A stretch of DNA of 36,076 nt from a virus (Duplodnaviria > Caudoviricetes), in IMG/VR virus record IMGVR_UViG_3300027679_000017, positions 1 through 36,076 of that record; one strand, 5' to 3'. Each line of letters starts with the position of its first letter. Within the stretch, counting starts at the first letter, position 1. The position numbers and the translations under genes were made by a program. Below, piece after piece: positions 9,187 to 16,948 of the stretch. The notes below the pieces were generated by a model, which was not told the origin of the DNA, ran no database searches, and saw only the letters and a program-made list of their open reading frames with translations.

Positions 9187-10833
9187 TTATTGGCGAGGCG
9201 CTGCGGTGGGTTGAGATTCCATGAGTTGGGAAAGCTTCATGGCCAAGGTGACCGTGAGCATGTTCGTGAATACCGGCGGGAATTTGGTCGCATCGGTCGC
9301 GATGGCGGTGGATTCCAGTTGGATGGTCGGAGTGAAGTTGGTGTGGATGTAGCCGGAAACGATTTCCCATTGGCCAAAGTTCTCATCTTCATCGACGCCA
9401 TTGACGCGAAGCACCTTGAGAGTTGAGACAGGAAGGGCATATCGCTTGGCGTAACCGAAGGCCGGAGGCGCGGCGTCTGCTGCCAAGGTTGTTTGCGAGC
9501 GTGCAAACTGCCAGTCGAAGTCGGCGAGGAGTTCATTTCGCGTCTGATCGAATAGCGATGTCGCGATGGACATCGGTTCGCCATACGGCTTGAATACATC
9601 GGCGCTTCCAACTCGGAGGATGGCTTGGCGGCAGATTTCCGAGACCGAGTTGGCCGAGGTGGTCAAGCGGGGTTTCGCGGATTTCTCGATCAGAATTTTC
9701 ACGCTGGGGCGTTGCATGGTCTCCATTGCCACGGTCGTCATGGCGGCGACGAGATCACCACTGCTAGTCAGCGGCAGAGCTATCTTCGATGCGATGCGAG
9801 CGATAAGCGCCTCGATAAATGGCGCGGGAAATAAAGCCACGTCAGTGATATGAAAGGTGTAGTCGATGATGATCGGAGCGCCGATATCCGTGTGGAGGTT
9901 TCCCCCCATGATTTCCCATTGGCCGAAATTTTCGGTGGTATCGATGTTGTTGACTCGGAGGACTTGAATCACATCGGTCGGCAGGGTGTATTTCTTCGTG
10001 TACCCTTGTGTTGGTGCGGTCCCAACGAGGAGAGTGACTTGTTTTTTCGCGAAGGCCCAAGGCGCATCGGAGAGGAGTTCTTCCAGCGTGTGGTCATAGA
10101 AAGAATTCGCAAAGACCATCGGTTGGCCCTTCAAAGTATCGATGGACCCAAGGCGCATGATGGCCTGCTTGCAAATCTGCGAGCGGTTCACAATGGTGTT
10201 CGATGAGGAGGCGTCTGCGACAGAAGTGATTTCCCGTTGCAGTGCTGGACGAGCAATCAAGCTTTCCATCTCCTTCATTGCCGCTATCGCTTGATCGCCT
10301 GCGCCAAGTGCCATGGAGAGCTTGTAGGCGAGCCGCACCACGACCATTTCGATGAAGATCGCTGGGAAGGTGGTGTCGGCAGGAACTGCGATGTAATCCA
10401 CCGAGATCGGGGAAACAAGATTGGTGTGGATGAAGGAACCGACCAGTTCCCATGTGCCGAAGTTCTCCGTGGAATCAATGCCATTGACGCGCAGAATTTT
10501 GATGGCCCCTGTTGGGCTTGCGTATTTGAAATCGTACCCGAATGAAAGTGGGGTTGAAGTGATGCCCGATGCCTGCATGCGGGCGAAGCGCCAATCGTAG
10601 TCCGAAAGGATTTCGTTGACCGTCTGCCCATAGAATTTGGCCGCGAAGACAAAGGGTTGGCCTTGCTGTTTAAAAGTGTCGGCACTGCCGACCCGCATGA
10701 CCGCTTGCCGGATGATTTCCGCTGCGGTCGTGGTGAGAACGCCAGAGTAGTTGGCGACTGCCTCGACTGCCTCAAGGAGGGCAGGCTTGGACATGAGGAA
10801 TTGCAGTTCTTTGAAGAGTTCTTCGGATTTCAT
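9187..10833 (-). CDS. Tail tubular protein A-like protein with three tandem adaptor domains (copies 3-5)
   Basis: Three repeats of I..QA..R.G...W.FA...GY...Y..P....LRVN..D..ENFG.WE...FP..F. Confidence 0.8.
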   Translation of the reverse strand: MKSEELFKELQFLMSKPALLEAVEAVANYSGVLTTTAAEIIRQAVMRVGSADTFKQQGQPFVFAAKFYGQTVNEILSDYDWRFARMQASGITSTPLSFGYDFKYASPTGAIKILRVNGIDSTENFGTWELVGSFIHTNLVSPISVDYIAVPADTTFPAIFIEMVVVRLAYKLSMALGAGDQAIAAMKEMESLIARPALQREITSVADASSSNTIVNRSQICKQAIMRLGSIDTLKGQPMVFANSFYDHTLEELLSDAPWAFAKKQVTLLVGTAPTQGYTKKYTLPTDVIQVLRVNNIDTTENFGQWEIMGGNLHTDIGAPIIIDYTFHITDVALFPAPFIEALIARIASKIALPLTSSGDLVAAMTTVAMETMQRPSVKILIEKSAKPRLTTSANSVSEICRQAILRVGSADVFKPYGEPMSIATSLFDQTRNELLADFDWQFARSQTTLAADAAPPAFGYAKRYALPVSTLKVLRVNGVDEDENFGQWEIVSGYIHTNFTPTIQLESTAIATDATKFPPVFTNMLTVTLAMKLSQLMESQPTAAPRQ

Positions 10834-11840
10834 TGGGTAGGTGCGCTATGCGGTTGGACTATGCTATTGAGTTTGATGGCGAGAGTGACGGTGAGGATGT
10901 GCGTGAAGATGGGAGGGAACTTGGCGGGGTCGGTGACCTTGGTTGTGATGTCCACGACGATAGGGGTCACTAGATCGGTGTGGATGTAGCCACCGACGAC
11001 TTCCCACTTTGCGGTGTTGTCGGCATCGTCGATGTTATTGACCCGGATGATCTGACCTGTCCCTGCGGGAATGGTGTAGCGGTAGGCATAGCCGGTCGTG
11101 GGATTAGCGGCATCCTTGGCAATGGAGATTTGGGAGCGGGTGAACGACCATTGGAAATCGGCGAGGAGTTCGTCGCGGGTGACCTCGTAGAACGACTGAG
11201 CGAGTGCCATCGGTTCGCCGAAGGGTTCAAAGAGATTGGCGCTGCCGACACGCAGGATCGCTTGTCTGCAAATCTCAGTTGCGGTCAGCGTGCCTGCGGT
11301 GATGCGTGCCGCTTGCGTCTTCTCCGTGGCATTGGCAAATGCAGGCTTGCCGAGCATGGCCATGTAGAGTTCCACGGTCTGCTTGAAGAGGTCTTTACTG
11401 CCGGTGAGTGGCATGGCAAGGACGCCTGCGAGCTTGACGGCAAGTAGCTCAGTGAAGATCGCCGGGTACTTTGTTTCGTCCGTGATGTTGGCGATGTAGT
11501 CCAACGTGACGGGAGAAACGAAATTGGTTTGGAGATTAGTGCCAAGGATTTCCCATTGGCCGAAGTTCTCACTCTCGTCGATGTTCTCGACACGAAGTGA
11601 GCGTATGTAGTCGATGGGTAGAGCGTACTGGTAGGTGTAACCACCGAGCGGGGTCGTGCTGCTGGTGAGGTTGACCTGCTTGCGGCAGAACTGCCAATCG
11701 AACTCGGCTTGGAGTTCGGCTACGGTCTGAACGTAGAAGAGCGTGCAATACTGCGCCTGTGCGGTCGCATCGGCGAGCGTGGTGATACGGGAATCACCTA
11801 GTCGAGCGAGAGCGAGGTTGCAGATTTGAACGTCCGTCAT
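10830..11840 (-). CDS. Tail tubular protein A (T7 gp11-like adaptor) with two tandem domains (copies 1-2)
   Basis: MTDVQICNLALARLG...DWQFCRK...YQYALPIDY...LAMPLTGS is the canonical TTPA pattern; directly follows the capsid gene. Confidence 0.85.
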   Translation of the reverse strand: MTDVQICNLALARLGDSRITTLADATAQAQYCTLFYVQTVAELQAEFDWQFCRKQVNLTSSTTPLGGYTYQYALPIDYIRSLRVENIDESENFGQWEILGTNLQTNFVSPVTLDYIANITDETKYPAIFTELLAVKLAGVLAMPLTGSKDLFKQTVELYMAMLGKPAFANATEKTQAARITAGTLTATEICRQAILRVGSANLFEPFGEPMALAQSFYEVTRDELLADFQWSFTRSQISIAKDAANPTTGYAYRYTIPAGTGQIIRVNNIDDADNTAKWEVVGGYIHTDLVTPIVVDITTKVTDPAKFPPIFTHILTVTLAIKLNSIVQPHSAPTQ

Positions 11841-11860
11841 TGAAGCAGTTTGAGAGAGTT

Positions 11861-11896
11861 AAAAAAGTGGGTGGCAGACATTGTCCCGGTCTGCCA
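11861..11896 (-). terminator. Probable intrinsic terminator after the major capsid gene
   Basis: Minus strand TGGCAGAC-CGGGACAAT-GTCTGCCA, then CCCAC and TTTTTT. Confidence 0.6.
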
Positions 11897-11910
11897 GCGG
11901 GGTGCTTTTT

Positions 11911-12816
11911 TTAAGCTTCGTCGCAAGCGATCTCGACGACCTTCTTCTCTTCCATGCGGACAGCGGCGAGGCTGGCCACGGAGCGGATTTGAAGGGAGTG
12001 CGAGAGGTCCGTGCGGACGTCCATGTGAGTCTTGAGTCCACGCTCGGCCAAGATCACGCCCGACTTGACGTAGGCGTAGCAGGAACGAACGGTGGAGACT
12101 TTGGTGAGGAGTTGGCTGCGGCGGAATTTGAATCCCATGAAGGTATTCAAAGCCCCGTCCACCAAGGCGCGAACGCTGTTGTAGTCTGCGCTTGTGACTT
12201 CAAGCGTGCGGAGCAGGTCTTGAAGTTGTTTGGCGCTGACCACCATGATGCGCTCCTCTTCCTCGTCAATTTCGTTGCTGTCGAAGAGGAACTTCGCAGC
12301 GCGGAGCTTGGCAATGGTGAGACCGCTGTTGGCAGCAGTGCCGGATTCCACAAAGTTGACAGCGACCTTCTGGCCTGCTGGCAATGCGGTAGCCGTTGTG
12401 CCGGTCGTGCCTGTGTAGGCAGTGCCGCCGAGAGCGCCGATGATGATCGTGTCGCAGGTGCGAGCGTAAGCTTGAGCATGCGATTGGATGATCGGGGATG
12501 TCGGAAGGACAACCTCACCGAGGAGTTGCTCATCAAACTCGTCAACGAGTTTCGCGCAGTCGTATTGCTGCGGGCGAATCCAACGCTTGGCCATCGCTTG
12601 ATTGCTGATCCGGGTGTCGCCAGAGCGATCCGTGATCTGCGTCATCGAGGTTGCGTCGATTTGGTTGTAGCTCTTTTCTTTGCCTTCGATTGAATCAATC
12701 GTGACATATTCTTTCAGCTTAGAATTCTTTTGCTGAACGAGGTGTTTCCAGTTGCTGTCGAACTGGGTTGTGTAGTGATCGGGGATGTTCGTGAGAACGC
12801 CGTTTAAGTTAGCCAT
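11911..12816 (-). CDS. Major capsid protein
   Basis: 301 aa, QFDSNWKHLVQQKNSKLKEY...LVDG.LNTFMGFKF...AVRMEEKKVVEIAC. Lies downstream of scaffold, has an AAGGA SD and is followed by a terminator. Confidence 0.9.
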   Translation of the reverse strand: MANLNGVLTNIPDHYTTQFDSNWKHLVQQKNSKLKEYVTIDSIEGKEKSYNQIDATSMTQITDRSGDTRISNQAMAKRWIRPQQYDCAKLVDEFDEQLLGEVVLPTSPIIQSHAQAYARTCDTIIIGALGGTAYTGTTGTTATALPAGQKVAVNFVESGTAANSGLTIAKLRAAKFLFDSNEIDEEEERIMVVSAKQLQDLLRTLEVTSADYNSVRALVDGALNTFMGFKFRRSQLLTKVSTVRSCYAYVKSGVILAERGLKTHMDVRTDLSHSLQIRSVASLAAVRMEEKKVVEIACDEA

Positions 12817-13009
12817 TTTATTCCTTTAGTTGAGTTGTGTTGGTATCAGTCGAAACTGATGGATTTGTTCTGCTCCCTGTCCTTGCCGGTTGTCCTTGCG
12901 GATCGTCGGATCGGGGTATTTGGAAGCAGATTCACAAAGGAATTGTCTGCTCTGACGGTCTTACGTTTCAGCCCGATTCAGTATCAGTCAAAACATATTT
13001 TCAGAAATG

Positions 13010-13080
13010 TTGCGGGGCCGGGAGTCGAACCCGGAACTCAAGGGTATGGGCCTTGCAAGATACCTTTTCTCCACCCCGCG
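13010..13080 (-). tRNA. tRNA-fMet (CAT), atypical anticodon arm; complete CCA not encoded
   Basis: CGCGGGG TG GAGA AAAGGTA TCTT G CAAGG CC-CAT-AC CCTTG AGTT CCGGG TTCGACT CCCGG CCCCGCA A. The C1:A72 mismatch and A11:U24 pair are initiator-tRNA features. Confidence 0.88.
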
Positions 13081-13086
13081 AAATTG

Positions 13087-13950
13087 TTATCCCTGCTTGA
13101 GCAGTCCGGTCACCAGAGTCGCGGCCTCGCGGTCGCCCTCCATGTACCGCTTGTGCCAGCTATTGTCGGGATTGCTCATGATGTCCTTGGCGCGGGCCGA
13201 GCCGGTCATAAACTCTGAGCCACTCATCGAGCGCCCGACCTTGTCCTCGCTCATCATTTGGCTCAAGCGAACGAATCCACGCACGACTTCGGGGTCCGCG
13301 AATCCTTGTGAGTTTGCATTGACTCCCGCGATCTTCGCGGCCTGCTTGGCGAGGCCGATGTTCTTGTCAAACTCCCCTCCCCACTCCTTCTTGAGGGTGT
13401 TGACAGCATCGACATGCTGCTTCTCAATCTGCGCCTGCATGCCCTGCATTTTGAAATGCTCCATCTTCGCGTGTTCGGTCACTAGCGCCTTCATCGCGGA
13501 GGGTGGGATGTTGTGCTTGTGGGCGATCTCAGCGTAGTTTTTGACATTGTTGTCATCCCATGTCATGCCCTCTGGGAGCGCATCGGGAGCGAACTTGTAC
13601 TCGTCAATCGTATCGGGAACTCCGAGCGAACGACGAAATGCGGCGACCTCTTCGGGTGAGGATTTCTCATTGGGTACGCCAAGTTTTTTGCCTATCAGCG
13701 CATTCGCATTACCAAGGGCTTTGACAAGGTCTGGAACGCTTTTGAAATTTTTGATCGAGCTTTTGTAGTCAGCGACCTCGTCTGGCAACTTGTCTATCCA
13801 TCCTTCCGAAAACGAACCGTCATCTTTGAAGTAGCCTGTGTGTTGCGTGGGTGCGGTTGATGTCTCCGTTGCGGCTGGCGCTTCGGCGTTGGTGGCGGCT
13901 CCTGTGTCGAGCAAACTCTGCTCGGAGGAGGTGTCGGTGGTGTCTTCCAT
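13087..13950 (-). CDS. Capsid assembly scaffolding protein
   Basis: 287 aa with acidic N-terminus, FKSVPDLVKAL, LGVPDTIDEY and LKKEWGGEFDKNI; lies between portal and capsid. Confidence 0.8.
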   Translation of the reverse strand: MEDTTDTSSEQSLLDTGAATNAEAPAATETSTAPTQHTGYFKDDGSFSEGWIDKLPDEVADYKSSIKNFKSVPDLVKALGNANALIGKKLGVPNEKSSPEEVAAFRRSLGVPDTIDEYKFAPDALPEGMTWDDNNVKNYAEIAHKHNIPPSAMKALVTEHAKMEHFKMQGMQAQIEKQHVDAVNTLKKEWGGEFDKNIGLAKQAAKIAGVNANSQGFADPEVVRGFVRLSQMMSEDKVGRSMSGSEFMTGSARAKDIMSNPDNSWHKRYMEGDREAATLVTGLLKQG

Positions 13951-13973
13951 AAATGGTATCAGTCAAAACAACC

Positions 13974-14138
13974 CTACTCTTCGGGGTGGTAGCCGAGATG
14001 AGTCTCGCGACCGGCGTAGGTCTTTTGGAATTCCTCTGGGGCGTAGTCGCGAAGCCACTCGACAAGCTCAATGGTCTTGTCTCCGAGCATGGGGTCCATA
14101 TCGGGGCGTGGTGGGATGTCGGTGTTTTTCTTGCTCAT
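13974..14138 (-). CDS. Hypothetical 54-aa head-module protein (below ORF-track cutoff)
   Basis: Own translation MSKKNTDIPPRPDMDPMLGDKTIELVEWLRDYAPEEFQKTYAGRETHLGYHPEE*. ATGA-coupled to the upstream gene and fills the gap. Confidence 0.7.
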   Translation of the reverse strand: MSKKNTDIPPRPDMDPMLGDKTIELVEWLRDYAPEEFQKTYAGRETHLGYHPEE

Positions 14139-14434
14139 TTTTTGATGACCTTGCGTTTGGGTGTTTCGATGTCGCCATCGGCAATGACAATGCGGCGAAG
14201 CATGGTCTCGATGTGGATGAGAACGCCCCTCTGGCCATCGCGGAGTGCGGCGACCACAGGGTTGAAATCGTAGCCGGGTAAGAATACCTGCGAGTCGGTC
14301 GCGAACTGATGCTTGATGTCAGCGATGATGAGAGCGCCATCCTTGGTGTTGAATACACGGTGGTAGGCATTGGTGAGGCGCTGGCGCTCACGCTCACGCT
14401 TGAGGGCGGCAGATTTGTCTTCGGGAGCCATCAT
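14135..14434 (-). CDS. Bbp19-like small head protein
   Basis: YHRVFNTKDGALIIADI...ALRDGQRGVLIHI pattern, immediately after the portal gene. Confidence 0.75.
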   Translation of the reverse strand: MMAPEDKSAALKRERERQRLTNAYHRVFNTKDGALIIADIKHQFATDSQVFLPGYDFNPVVAALRDGQRGVLIHIETMLRRIVIADGDIETPKRKVIKK

Positions 14435-16092
14435 GCCATACCGGGGATCATTTGAGCGATGGCCGAGTCTTGCTTCACGCCACCGACCTTGCCGATGGCT
14501 GCGGCTTGACGTTCCATCTGCTCGGCCTGCGCTTGTGTCTGTGCGGCCTGCGCTCGTTGTGCGCGGGTCTGGGCGACCATTTCCTCATCCATCAGCCAAC
14601 GCGCAGGCAGGCCATCGTTTCTGGCCATGTCACGGGTGATCTCGTCGAAATCAAAGTTGTCCAGCATCTCCGGGCGAAGATTGGCAAAGGGCAGGAGCAT
14701 CTCACTGGTACGGATGAAGGCGGCATTCTCAAGCGACTTGATCGCAAGTGCGATCCGCGAGTTGTAGGAGACCTCTGGATCGGGAATCATGCCGGTCATC
14801 TGGAAAGCTTCTGGTGGCGGCGGGAACTTGCCAGAACGCGCAAGGACCGCGAAGACCCGGCGAAGGAGCGGATTGAATAGCTCAGTCGTCAGTCGGGCGA
14901 ATGTCGGAGAAAATTGGATGAGCTTTTCGCTCGCACGCTCGGCGACTTCGCGAGCGGTCATCTGCTTCTGGAGTTGAGCGAACATCTGGAAGAGGTCCAC
15001 ATGGAAAGCCTCATTGATCGCTTTGCGCTTTTGTTCAGCCCGCTCGACGCCGATGTCGTAGCGTCCACCGGTTCCCCATTCCTTCGGGGTTGCTCCGGGG
15101 TTGTTCGGATCGAAATACGTCACGCCTCCCGCACGCAGGTCAATGTCGCCATCGAAACCAGCAGGGATGAGGATGCGAGGGAAGGCGTGAATCTCTGCCA
15201 GAGAATCTAGTTGCTTCTCAAGGAAGTTGAGTTGCTTGCATTCGGGAAGAGCCGTCCAGCTTGGCGAGTAGCCGTAGCACTCGCTGTTCTTCCATTTCAA
15301 ATAGCGGGTGACAAAGAACGGTTGCTCATCGAAGCCCGACTTGAGGAAGACATGTTTGGTCGCCTTCTCCACATAGACAGATGCGTAGGGCTTGTTGGCC
15401 CCATCACGCTTGCCATCCTCGATCTCGCCCGGTCCGCGAGGAGATATGAGGTGGATGCAGGTGAATTTCTTGTTGCTGTTCGGGCGCTCTAAATCCTTCC
15501 GCATCGCCTCGGTGAGCGCCTCGATGCCGAACTTGAGTGCGGCCTGCCGAGCCGTGATCTCGTACTCGCGGGAGAGCGTATCCACATACCCCTCGTCATC
15601 TTCAGAGATCGCAAACGATCCCATGTCGAGCTTGGTAAAATTGAGTGAGTTGTTCTTGCCACCTTCGACAAGAATCGCAGCGGTCCCGAAGCACCCTCGG
15701 TCCAGATAGAGTTCGTGGATTTCGGTGTAGAAATTGGATCGGCTCAGTTCGGCCTGCATGACCTCGGTGCAACGCTTGAACCATTGCTCGACCTCGTCTT
15801 CGCTTTCCATGGCCTTCGGTGGTTCCAGTGAGAACCACCGGCTTTCGAGCGGGGTCATCCAACTCAGTTGACCATTGGCCAAGATCATGTTTGCCCGCAC
15901 CGCAGTCGCGTCAAAGAGTTGCGACTCATCATCCGTGGTGGGCGATGTGTTCTGCGTGAACATACCCGCCTTGCGAGGCATCACATATTTTGCAATGTCC
16001 TCCCAGAGTGACTCCCAAGTCGCACGCTGATGGACTAACTCAGCGTGCCGCTGAATGACCCTGTCTGCGAGTTCGGAATTGTTGCCGTTCAT
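14431..16092 (-). CDS. Portal (head-to-tail connector, T7 gp8/Bbp21-like family)
   Basis: 553 aa. WESLWEDIAKYVMPR, FDATAVRA, RWFSL, SNFYTEI..LYLD...FGTA, YGYSP, QMTAREVAER. Confidence 0.93.
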   Translation of the reverse strand: MNGNNSELADRVIQRHAELVHQRATWESLWEDIAKYVMPRKAGMFTQNTSPTTDDESQLFDATAVRANMILANGQLSWMTPLESRWFSLEPPKAMESEDEVEQWFKRCTEVMQAELSRSNFYTEIHELYLDRGCFGTAAILVEGGKNNSLNFTKLDMGSFAISEDDEGYVDTLSREYEITARQAALKFGIEALTEAMRKDLERPNSNKKFTCIHLISPRGPGEIEDGKRDGANKPYASVYVEKATKHVFLKSGFDEQPFFVTRYLKWKNSECYGYSPSWTALPECKQLNFLEKQLDSLAEIHAFPRILIPAGFDGDIDLRAGGVTYFDPNNPGATPKEWGTGGRYDIGVERAEQKRKAINEAFHVDLFQMFAQLQKQMTAREVAERASEKLIQFSPTFARLTTELFNPLLRRVFAVLARSGKFPPPPEAFQMTGMIPDPEVSYNSRIALAIKSLENAAFIRTSEMLLPFANLRPEMLDNFDFDEITRDMARNDGLPARWLMDEEMVAQTRAQRAQAAQTQAQAEQMERQAAAIGKVGGVKQDSAIAQMIPGMA

Positions 16093-16108
16093 CGGGTATC
16101 AGTCAAAA

Positions 16109-16501
16109 CTAACCGAGAGTGGACTGCTTGCTGGAATCATAACCCATCTGGTTGCTCTCCCCGGCAATGATGCTTCGGCGCATGCCTTTCCGGCGCTGCG
16201 CGGCGGGCAGTTGGTCATCGGGGGCGTTCTGATCCACGCGAGCGCCGGGGGCGGCTTTATTGGCCTCCATGTTGGCCATGGCGAGTTCCTGCTGGCGCTT
16301 CTGCTCTGCGGCCTGCTCGGCCTGCACACGCATCTGCTCCTTCATCATCGCGGCCTGCTCCTCTGCGCGTTTCTCGGCAGCAGCAGTTTGCGCTGCGGCT
16401 GCGGCTTTGTCTGAACTGCTTGGACCTTTTGAACCTCCACCTCCGAACCAAGCTAGGACGGGAGAGAGGATGGGGTTGAGTTGGTGGTCAATGAGTCGCA
16501 T
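16109..16501 (-). CDS. Small virion protein preceding portal
   Basis: 130 aa with FGGGGS, an Ala/Gln/Glu helix, RRKGMRRSII and terminal TLG; typical pre-portal position. Confidence 0.65.
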   Translation of the reverse strand: MRLIDHQLNPILSPVLAWFGGGGSKGPSSSDKAAAAAQTAAAEKRAEEQAAMMKEQMRVQAEQAAEQKRQQELAMANMEANKAAPGARVDQNAPDDQLPAAQRRKGMRRSIIAGESNQMGYDSSKQSTLG

Positions 16502-16848
16502 CGTGGTTTTATTTTCGAGGTTTCGTAGATTCGGAGCGGTCTATTCCGACGACTCCATGCGATCAACGGAAGGGTGTACGGAGCGAAATGGCAAGGATTA
16601 TTTTGACTGATACCACAATATATTGTGATCAGCCAGCAGTTCTGGCACAACCTGTGGTATGTGTAGGCGGCATCGCGCCAGCGTTCCTGCGGGTCGTGGA
16701 TGTCCACAGGACGTGCCAGCATGAAGAAATCCTCGGTGTGGATGACGACTCCATTCCATGCGGTGAGTTCGACCTCTTCCGCGAAAGATCGCGTCTGCGG
16801 GTAGCGCCGGTAGAGGTCTAGGATTTGGAGTTCCAGTTCGCGTTTCAT
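16453..16848 (-). CDS. Hypothetical protein (131 aa)
   Basis: ORF between terL and the pre-portal gene with globular composition; overlaps the next gene by 49 nt. Confidence 0.55.
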   Translation of the reverse strand: MKRELELQILDLYRRYPQTRSFAEEVELTAWNGVVIHTEDFFMLARPVDIHDPQERWRDAAYTYHRLCQNCWLITIYCGISQNNPCHFAPYTLPLIAWSRRNRPLRIYETSKIKPRCDSLTTNSTPSSLPS

Positions 16849-16882
16849 TTTCTAATCTTCTCTTCTCTTCTCTTATCGGTTC

Positions 16883-16948
16883 TTGATGGGTTTCGCTTGG
16901 GTTAGCCATGGGTATCCCATCGGGAACCCATGGGTTAGCCATGGGTTA
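16883..16948. repeat. Six degenerate 11-bp tandem repeats next to a (TCTTC)n tract
   Basis: Units ttgatgggttt / cgcttgggtta / gccatgggtat / cccatcgggaa / cccatgggtta / gccatgggtta. Pyrimidine tract at about 16856-16874. Confidence 0.8.

Noticed and set aside
12841-12852. Resemblance of TGGTATCAG to the tRNA-iMet primer-binding site of plant LTR retrotransposons
   Set aside because: There is no retroelement context, and the phage tRNA 3' end (CCCCGCAA) is not complementary to it; treated as coincidence.
13955-13969. Reading the 15-bp motif as a simple sigma70 -35 box (TTGACT)
   Set aside because: In four cases the start codon follows within 0-4 nt, leaving no room for a -10 box, and several copies read TCGACT or TTGGCT.
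16598-16942. 114-aa ORF MANPWVPDGIP...
   Set aside because: It is mostly an out-of-frame overlap of 16453-16848 and its N-terminus is just the translated 11-bp repeat; not called as a gene.
16883-16948. CRISPR array or mini-array (here or at the linker repeats)
   Set aside because: The repeats are contiguous 11-mers or coding linkers without unique spacers of uniform length. The Cas4-like nuclease is better explained as the RecT partner.
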